A stretch of DNA of 64,000 bases from Octopus vulgaris (taxonomy: Eukaryota): the NCBI GenBank assembly GCA_951406725.2, contig OX597832.1:65348001-65412000 (forward strand). The letters run 5' to 3'. A program made the position numbers and the translations under genes. Positions 54,996 to 64,000 of this stretch are shown one piece after another. Positions within the stretch are counted from its first letter, which is position 1. Every line of letters begins with the position of its first letter. The notes under the pieces are model-generated. The model did not search any database and had not been told where the DNA came from. It saw nothing but the letters and a program-made list of their open reading frames with translations.

Positions 54996-55319
54996 GTATA
55001 TGAGATTTTGTTAAGGAAGAGATGGTTCTTTTCATATGTGACTTATATCCAAGCGTCCTTCGGTTATCCATACATCGGTGAATTTACTGGCATTTGATTC
55101 TTTGAATTACTATCAGTGTTTATAAGACACTAGTACTCTACACAATATTGAATTCCGTTAGTCCGTATAGATGATTGCATCTGAATCAATATATGCAAAT
55201 ATAATTTCAGTAGTATAATATAAAGAAAATGGAGAGTTTGAATGCAAAAAAAATCAACTTATTTAGATAATTGTCGATTACTTTATACCTACGATCGTTT
55301 CAATATCTATCTTCAATTA

Positions 55320-55532
55320 ATGCGGCCAGGTGGCAAAAACGTTAGCACGCCGGGTGAAATGCTTAGCGATATTTCGTCTCTCTTTACGTTCTGAGTTCAA
55401 ATTCCGTGAGTTCGACTTTGCCTTTAATCCTTTCGGGTTCGTTAAATTAAGTACCAGTTGTGTACTGGGGTCGATCTAATCGACTGACCCCTCCCCGAAA
55501 ATTTCGGTCCTTTTGCGTTGAGTAGAAAAGAA
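55320..55532 (+). mobile_element. SINE family B, near full-length
   Basis: GGTGGCAAAAACGTTAGCACGCCGGG...GAGTTCAAATTCC...TAAGTACCAGTTG...GAGTAGAAAAGAAT. Confidence 0.88.
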
Positions 55533-56749
55533 TATCTACCTTCATTCATTTTACAATTAATAATTGCATTATGAGTTTAACAGCTTCAGGCTGTTAAAGA
55601 AGGCATTTGATAGTGCTTAGATGATGTGCTCAGCTGTCTAGTAATTGCGTAAAGCTGAGAGTTATATCGTTAGAGAGGTTGATGATTTGACTCTTTAAAT
55701 CATACATGTGGAATCTCCTAAGAAATTACTTGTCGTATAACTTGGTCAATACTTTCTCATTAAGACCTCCTCTACACAGCAAAACAGGAGAATGCGGGGA
55801 AAGTGTTGATGATCAATCTGGGGAAATACTCGGTTAAATATCATAAGAAGATATATTAGATTATTTAACCGTGAGTTGAAGAAGTAATTATCTTCAAGAG
55901 AGTAAAAAAAATTACTAATTTCACACTGCAAAATTAATTGCTCTATATCTCATGGCAAATTATTTTATTTCTCTTCACAAATATAGCGTAAATGCTTTAA
56001 AGAAATTGAAAGCTGATATCTTTAAAAATTATATTTTAAATGATAAATGCTATTTCATACAGGAGTAGGTTACTCACTAAACGAAATTATTCGGAATAGA
56101 GAACCTGTAGTATGTTTTGTACCCTTGAAAGGTATTTTCTGAGATGTATACAAGCAAAATAGCATTAATTAATGTTTTACCATGCTCAGTTCAATTTGCT
56201 TCTGGTACAACAGAAATAGGCAAAATAATACTTTACGATACAAGCAAGTAAAGGAATATTGAAAACAAAAGACAAACAGAGAATCAGAAGTCATTATCGA
56301 TAGATAATGAATAATTTGTGAAAACGCCGCAGAGATTAGATTCACAAAAAATATTACACAACATGTAAACTATAATATTACATAACAGCGTCGCCAATGA
56401 AGGTCAAGTGAAGTCATATATCGCCGAACAACACATGTTCTTCTTTAAATTGTTGGGTCATAGATACATTCAGGAGACTAAAATATGTTTGAATATGATT
56501 GTCTTGATTACACACAATTTAATTAAATTTAGTGTGATTGTTCAGTTTGAACAAAGTAGTGTGAAAATGAACAGCAGGATAATTGCAGAAACAGTAAGTA
56601 GTATCTGTCATTAAACACAAAAGGAAATTTGCTGCAGGTTTAGAATAGTAATGGTGGGGGTGGGGATGATGAGGATAACAACAACAACAACAACAACAAT
56701 AATAATGTTAATAATAATAATAAAAGAGGTTGACAAATATTATCTACTA

Positions 56750-56920
56750 ACATGAGAGGTAGGACATTTATTGGCTATGGGAAAATTGGAGGTGGTCCCA
56801 GGTATTGACGAGGTGCTTCGTAATGTTAGTAGCAGTGTTGAAAACTATGTTTAAAGAATCGGTTGCCTTCATGGTCACTAACAGAAAATAATAGAACTTG
56901 GAACTGCTAGAGTACTTCTA
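56750..56920 (+). mobile_element. R4/Dong-type RLE 3' remnant, very degenerate
   Basis: KLEVVP...QKIIELGTARVL; flanked by (AAT)n. Confidence 0.5.
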
Positions 56921-56934
56921 CAACAACAATAATA

Positions 56935-57007
<73 letters not shown>

Positions 57008-57009
57008 TA

Positions 57010-58334
57010 ATGCACCACCCTAAGGCAGATACAGAACGACTCTATCTGCCAAGAAAAGAGGGAGGCCGTGGTCTTTTGCAACTGACAATAACAATGAAGA
57101 TTGCTACAATTGGCCTAGACACCTACCTGAAAAACTCTGAGGACTGGTTGTTAAAACTTGTCTCAAAACATGAAAACAAGAAAGCATCATACTCAGTCAC
57201 AAAACAGGCAAAGGAATATCTAAGTGAATTCCGAATACAACCAATTTCGGAATTAGAGATAGACATCCAAGAAACAAGCACAGAAAAAGCTAGGCGCATG
57301 AAAACCCGTGCCAAAACTGCGGCCTTAGATATTCTGAATAATAAATGGCAAGAAAAACCTCTCTATGGCAAATACCCAAAGAGAGCGAATAATGCAGATA
57401 TTGACAAAGCCCTGACCAATCAATGGCTAATGGCCTTTGGCTTAAAATCTGAAACAGAGGGGTTTATCATAGCAGCTCAAGATCAATGCCTACCAACAAG
57501 AAACTACCAGGCCAACATATTAAAGAACGGCAGTAGCCCAACATGTCGTGTATGCCGACAACAAAATGAAACAATTGATCATGTTGTCTCCAAATGCAGT
57601 CTTCTAGCGCCTACAGAGTACCTCAACAGGTATGATAGAGCTGCACAATATATTCACTGGGTAATTTGCAAAAACCTGGATTAGCCCCATGAAAAAAACT
57701 GGTGGGAACACAATCCACCTCCAGTGCTTGAAAATGACCACATCTCACTCTGGAACTTCACCATTCAAACTGACAGAAAGATAGATGCAAATAGGCCAGA
57801 CATCATATTGAAAGACTTCAGACAAAGAACATGCCTCCTCATTGATATGACTGTCCCAATCGATATAAACATATCTGTCAAGACCTACCAAAAACTGAGC
57901 AAATATAAAGATCTTGAAATAGAAATCTGGAAAATGTGGAAGCTGAAGACTAAAACAATACCTGTTGTCATAGGTGCCCTGGGAATGATAGCGAAAGGGA
58001 CTGATTGCTACCTAACTCAGATACCAGGAAACCCCAAATGGCAGAAATTCAAAAGATAGTGCTCATGGGAACTGCTCATATCCTACGCAAAATACTCCCT
58101 ATGTAATCCCAAGGTTTAAAACAAACTTTTTTATTTTTATTTTTTTTATTTTTTAAATTTTATTTACTTATTTTTAATTTTTTTTTATTTTTATGTATTA
58201 GACATTCACTAGTACAACACCAACAAAAATAAACCCCAAATATATGGCACAGAACTTCCAACCTGTTGTCTCTTGAGGTCTCTGGGTGAGACTTGGCGCC
58301 AACTTGTACAGACATAAAGCAAAAGTCAAACATA

Positions 58335-58335
<1 letters not shown>
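57010..58335 (+). mobile_element. R4/Dong-type RLE non-LTR retrotransposon, family 1, 5'-truncated
   Basis: Close paralog of 27178-28760: CRVC...DHVVSKC, RPDIILKD, identical 3' end AAAAGTCAAACATAG(AAT)n. Confidence 0.92.
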
Positions 58336-58391
<56 letters not shown>

Positions 58392-58396
58392 CAACA

Positions 58397-58540
58397 ATGG
58401 ATGTATCAATACCAATGGCTGACAATGTATCTCTAAAAGGAGCGGGGAAACTCCCAAAATGCAATGATCCGGAAGTAGTGGTAACCTGAATGTGGAGCCT
58501 AAAAAACGGAAACAATCCCTATAATAATAGGTGCATTAGG
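58397..58540 (+). mobile_element. R4/Dong-type RLE remnant
   Basis: MDVSIPMADNVSLK..GKL.K..D.EV...MWSLK resembles the IDMTVP.D.NVS.K...KL.KY.DLE.EI..MW segment. Confidence 0.55.
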
Positions 58541-58767
58541 ATCGACGTGGGTAACACGTCAAAAGGCGAAATTTGAGCTTAGAACGTAAGGACGAACGAA
58601 AACCGGAAGCATTTTGTACTTGTGTGTATGTGTGTTTGGGTGGTTTACATGGTTGCACATATGTGTGAACGTGTATATTATTAGCATGTAGGTATATACA
58701 CAGATATTTATGTTGGCAAAGCAGTGAGGTAGTGAAATACATTACTATAATTAGAAAGACACTTACA

Positions 58768-59200
58768 GTTAATAAACTCTCGTCTATATTATTCAAAAAT
58801 GAAAATAACTCTGATGTTTCATCGAAACATATATTTACCAAAATTACATAAAAATATCTTGAAATACTAAAGAGCGAATTTATTCAATACATTTGCCATT
58901 GGCTTCAGCCACGGCCTTCAGACGACTTCGGAATCTCCTGCAATACTTCTGGACGGTGACCTTGTTTAAGTTGTTGAATGCTGCCATAACCCTTGCCGTC
59001 AGTTCTTCTTTGCTGTTAAAAGGAGTTTTGTTAGTCTCTCTCTCAACTTCACCCCACACATGTTCATCAAGGGAGTTGCAGTCCGGGGAATTAGGTGGAA
59101 AATGATAGGGGTATGTCCTCGCAGAAATTGTCTGATATCCATGGCTGGGTTCTCCTGCTAGTGTGGTATGGTGCAGAGTTCTGTTGCCAGACATAGTGAT
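58768..59200 (-). mobile_element. maT/DD37D-like Tc1-mariner transposase 3' remnant
   Basis: PPNSPDCNSLDEHVWGEVE...C.RFRSRLKAV.EANG..IE. Confidence 0.7.
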
Positions 59201-59214
59201 AAGTATTGTGAAAA

Positions 59215-59390
59215 ATATTGGCTTCAAGATTTGGCACAAGGCCAGAAATTTGCGGGTAGTGGGTAAGTCATTTAGATTGACCCAGGGATTAAGCAAACTC
59301 GGCGGAACTTAATCATTGAACCTAAAGGCAGACTGAATGTTGCTAAGCATTTTGCCCAACGCGGTAACGATTCTGCCAGTTCGCCGACTT
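59215..59390 (-). mobile_element. SINE family B, degenerate
   Basis: TAACGATTCTGCCAGTTCGCC at the end; CTCGGCGGAA internally. Confidence 0.6.
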
Positions 59391-59619
59391 AATATTGTGA
59401 GAAATTTTGAGTGAAAAACTTCTCATGGTATATGACATTTTTGTTTATATTTTGGAGTACTTGCACCCACTTTACCACTATCTTTCGATTACAATTAGAA
59501 GCAACCGTGTCTTGCTTTGGGGCATAAATAAGTTAATTCTTTACAGTGGTGAATTTGTAAGTGAAACAATTAAAAATTTCCTTTATGTTAACCATTTCTT
59601 AAAGAGCTTTTACAATATA

Positions 59620-60912
59620 CGAGGGGCGTTCAATAAGTAATGCCTCTGACCCACTTCCCATAGCATTAGAGCAACGAAACTTGGAACAGTTATTAGACTT
59701 TTTCTACAAGGGAACCACCCAGAGTTACGCGTTTCTCCCATTGTTTGATGCAGCTCTGAAGACCGTTTTTGTAGAAGACCCCATCTTGGTCCTCCAACCA
59801 CGACGTGACTTCAGAAATCAAGGCTGCATCATCTGGGAAACGCTTTCCTTTCAAAAACAACTTCATGGCTGGGAAGAGGTGAAAATCAGAGAGTGCAAGG
59901 TCAGGAGAGTAATGGGGAATGGGGGAGGAGTTCATAGCCGCACGCCTGTGCTTCTGATCTGGCGACACGCGAGTTGTGAACCGGAGCGTTGTCCTGCAGG
60001 AGGAGGATGCCTTTGCTGATCTGGCCCCGCCTCTTGATTTTGATAGCTTCCCTTAATTTCGTCAAAAGTGAAGCACAATAGACTCATGTAATTGTGGCAC
60101 CCATTGCCAGGAAATCTGTCTTCACTACTCCGTCCTGGTCCCAGAAGACTGTAAGCATGACCTTGCCAGCGGAGGGCTGCATCCTTGCCTTCTTTGGAGG
60201 AGGTGAGTCACGGTGCTTCCACTGCATTGACTGGGCTTTGGTCTCTGGATCATAGTGATGGACCCAGGTTTTATCCTATGCAATCAGTCTTTTGAAAAAT
60301 TTTGACTCATCTTCTTGGCACATCTCCAAATTCATCCTCGAGCACTCGACGCGTTCTTGCTTCTGGAAAGGTGTGAGCAACCTGGGAATCCATCTGGCAG
60401 ACACCTTTTGCATATGCAAATGGTCATGAATGATAGTTTCCACAGACCCGGTACTAATCTTGACCTCATGGGCTATTTGGCGAATAGTTATGCGTCGATC
60501 TTCCAAAATGGCAGCCTCAACTTGACAGACAGGTGCCTCATCAATGGCAGAAGGGGGCGACCAGATCTGGGAGCTGTTTCCACAGAGTTCCGACCATGTT
60601 TGAATTCACGATGCCAGCGTTTTACAAGGTCATATGATGGGGCATCATCACCATAAGTTATTTTCATTTCATCAAAAGTCTCCCGTGGTGTGCGTCCTTT
60701 CAAATACAAAAACCGGATCACTGCTCGACACTCAACATGCTCCATTTCACACTTAACTCAGTTCAAACACCTGTAAATCGGAAACCACAATGGGTTCAGA
60801 GCTGTAATTTGCCACTTCATCTATAGAGATATAAATAATTGCACATGCAAAATTTCAGCTAGATCAAACAACTGCAAGTGGGTCAGGGGCATTACTTATT
60901 GAACGCCCCTCG
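59620..60912 (-). mobile_element. Mariner transposon, copy 2, full length (1293 bp), both TIRs and TA duplications, frameshifted transposase
   Basis: TA|CGAGGGGCGTTCAATAAGTAATGCC(T/C)CTGACCCACTT ... AAGTGGGTCAGGGGCATTACTTATTGAACGCCCCTCG|TA; same family as 35828-37100. Confidence 0.95.
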
Positions 60913-61364
60913 TATATTTGCTTAGAAACTGTTGTTTTGGAAGCGAAGAATTATCTTGGTATACGGTTTTAAAGAAGGCGTTGGAAGAGAATGATGCACC
61001 AAAACATAAGTTGATGGTGGTTGAGAAAATAAGTTAAATATGTGAAGTAAGAATGAAATTTTGCATGGAAACATTACAAATGCTAATGTCTTTCAGTTAT
61101 ACGGCTGTAGATCATTTTGAAAGATGAAGGGAATCCTGTCTACACATCTAACTCATCATGGAATTTTCCATTCGAATATTAAAATTATTTGTGATACATA
61201 TTAACCGCTATTTACGCACGCTATCAGCAATGAGCTTCAATGCAGGTCTTCATGAATGGAATCGAGCACGTCAATCAATTAAGCATTCACTAGGCACAAC
61301 ACAAACATGCCGAACTTACACAAACAAGCCCATGCACGCGCTAACAGACGTATGAATGCATGAA

Positions 61365-61428
<64 letters not shown>

Positions 61429-61458
61429 TCAAAATAAGAACATGATGCCAAGGATTCA

Positions 61459-61536
61459 GCGGTACATATGTTTCGGGCCTTTATTAGACGGATTTATAAC
61501 AGTGCATAATGTGTGTCTATGGCCTTCTTCAGCCGC
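61459..61536 (-). ncRNA. Type I hammerhead ribozyme, near-canonical
   Basis: GCGG-CTGAAGA-AGGCC-ATAGAC..loop..GTCTA-ATAAA-GGCCC-GAAAC-ATAT-GTA-CCGC: full core, stem I GCGG/CCGC, stem II, palindromic stem III, GUA site. Confidence 0.8.
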
Positions 61537-62394
61537 GCACAATTACTACCTCAAGGACATGTATTACATCAAAAATTCTACGTTGGGGATGCAAATCCTC
61601 TCATTCGCGTACGACATTTTGCGGCACCAGCACAAAAATGAAACATCCATCTCGTCCTTCTCTCAATGTAGAATGAAGTTTGGATGTTGAGGTAATATAA
61701 ATAAATGAACAAATAAATATATACATATATAAATACAGACAGACGTGAAGTAACTTGGTAATAAGAGTAAATAGGGATAAAGATGGAGGTGCGAGAATTC
61801 AGGACGAAGGATAAAAAAATATAAAAATGTGAAAGATAAAAGAATATAAGTATAGAAATATAAAAATATAAAGAATAAAGATATAAAGAGATATAAAAGT
61901 ATAAATGAATATAAAGATATAAAGTTATAAAAAAATATAAAAAATTATCAGAAATATAAAGGATATAAGAATATAGAAATGTAAAAGAATATAAGGATAA
62001 GGGATATAAAGTTGTTACGGACCAACATGGTGGTCAGGAAAATGACATATTCTGGTTGTAGAAGCCGTGGGTGTCATAAATCAACCGGGGCGTCTGGGGA
62101 CCTAGAGTATTGTAAAGTAGAGTTGTCTGGTTAAATCGCTTATCTAGTTCCTCGTTACGTGTCAAGTGGTCAGCATGTACATACATACACGCATGGATAC
62201 ATACACACATATACACGCGTACATATACGCACGCCTACACAACCACACGCATATAAGCATACATACGTACTCTCGTGTAAACATATACAGATATACACGG
62301 AAAAAGGCGCATGTAGTTGGGTACACGAACCGACGCGCATACGTACGTATATACATACACGCACATGCTTACATTTATCAAGTACTCACCCTAA

Positions 62395-62471
<77 letters not shown>

Positions 62472-63592
62472 ATATATATATATCTCGTAAGCATTGATAA
62501 TCTTTGTCGCTATTCAGCAATTAATAAACTATTGCATTTTCTTCTACTCCAAACACATCAGATATACGCTATACATATTCTATTAAATGTGTCTAACGCA
62601 CACATTTTGGAGGAATTAAAGTTTCGCTGACTGAAACCTCTCATTGCTGAAATTTGAAGAGTCATTTGTAAAACTTAGCAGACATAGATATGCGTCACAA
62701 CGAAACTAAAGAGCATGCCATAGACTCCTCAACGTTTCGTTTTCCACCGAGAGAAAGCACTTAAGCTAACGTTATTACAGTATTGACTCCTTTTCATTCT
62801 GTTTGTTATGTTTGTCACCACTCGTACGCATACACATCTGTTTCTAATTAATTATATTTTTTTGCTTGTAATATCATTTATAATATTAAAAGGAAAAAAA
62901 ATAACAACATTTTAACCTCACACTACTTGAACAAACTTTAAACAATTTCAACAAACTTTATAATTGCTATATTTCATATTTCCGGTCTCTTTAACAGCGT
63001 TAGAGGCAGCAAAACCGTAACTGCGGAGTTATTGCAGAATAAATTTGAAAATGTCTGCTACGAAAGAAAATTGTATTTTAATTGACAAATGGTGGGCATT
63101 GAGTAAACATATTTATCAATATGAACTTAATGAAATTAAAATACACATTTGATCAGGAATATTTAAAAATTATTCACTAGAGCAACGATCCATTAAAGTT
63201 TTACTTAAAAGTAACAAATCATAGAAATTTATTAAATGAATTCTGAAATTATCAAATATTTAGTAGCTAGATTAATAAAATAATACTATGATATAATGAA
63301 ATAAACTATACTAGATTAATGAATTCATCTAGAATCCATTGAAAATTAATTAATAGCTGTGTTATCTGTGTCGAAATAATTAAGAAGTAATGACAATCTG
63401 ATAGGATTATTACATACAGAAGGTTGCACGAAAAATTGGCCGAGTTGCTATCCAAATTTTGTAGAAGGAATTGGAAATTGGTGTTCCTTGGTCATCGTTG
63501 ATTTGCGACGTTAGTGTTCGTGTCTAAACCACAGGGTTCGTTATAAATTTCTCTCACATGTAAATTTCTCCCCATCTTGTTTGTTGTTAAGT

Positions 63593-64000
63593 ATGCTTAA
63601 ATTAGGTTGTGTGAATGCGTGTGGCTTGGCATCGGCTTGGAAGCAAGGTTACCTTCTAAACGACATCAAGTCACTGAACGTGGATATAGTAGCTATCAGT
63701 GAAACCAGACTCAGTAAGCCGCGGGCCCTCGAGTCCATGTTTGGCAATCAATTTGACATTTATTTTTCTCCCTGTCTGCCGAACATGGGTGGTGGAGGTA
63801 CCGCGGTGCTTTTTCGAAAGAGTCTAAATGTAAAAGTAAGAGCAATATTCCTAGACCCGGAGGGTAGGCTGGTTGTCTTGGACGTGGATGGCAGAAATGG
63901 GTGTGCATTCCCTCTGATGGCAGTTTATGCACCGTCCTTAACGGGTCGGGCGGATTTCTTCAGACGTCTAGAGGTTTTCCTGGGTACGTCTAGACCTTTA
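63593..64000 (+). CDS. APE endonuclease N-terminus of a Tx1/L1-clade LINE ORF2 (open to window edge)
   Basis: MLKLGCVNACGL...DIVAISETR...GGGGTAVLF...DPEGRLVVLDV...AVYAPS...ADFF; 136 codons without a stop (translated by hand, not in the ORF track). Confidence 0.85.
   Translation, partial: MLKLGCVNACGLASAWKQGYLLNDIKSLNVDIVAISETRLSKPRALESMFGNQFDIYFSPCLPNMGGGGTAVLFRKSLNVKVRAIFLDPEGRLVVLDVDGRNGCAFPLMAVYAPSLTGRADFFRRLEVFLGTSRPL

Noticed and set aside
61800-62160. A-rich (ATAAAAG-like) tract followed by a TGTTACGG LTR-like start
   Set aside because: The tract is low-complexity, and there is no matching CA end, TSD or internal domain for an LTR.

Overview
This is AT-rich eukaryotic (animal) DNA that looks intergenic or deep-intronic. 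I found no host protein-coding gene, rRNA, functional tRNA or CRISPR array. The microsatellite load ((TA)n, (AAT)n, (CA)n, (ATCT)n, (GAT)n) and the two abundant tRNA-derived SINE families suggest a coleoid cephalopod, probably Octopus; this is an inference from recalled repeat families. Almost all ORFs in the track are microsatellite translations. The real coding sequence is transposon-derived: a very young, 5'-truncated Penelope-like element (RT + GIY-YIG) with a near-identical inverted terminal repeat; at least eight R4/Dong-type RLE non-LTR insertions sitting in (AAT)n; CR1/L2-type and Tx1/L1-type LINE pieces; mariner, Tc1 (DD34E, IR/DR) and maT-like transposons; and three non-autonomous Helitrons. 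The most notable signal is a set of about five unrelated repeat families carrying minimal type-I hammerhead ribozyme motifs. These include a composite tRNA-head + microsatellite + hammerhead element arranged head-to-head (26.5-29.0 kb), a hammerhead with a long stem-II insert (29.4/33.2 kb) and a near-perfect hammerhead at 61459-61536. All alignments and folds were done by eye, and boundaries of degenerate elements are approximate.
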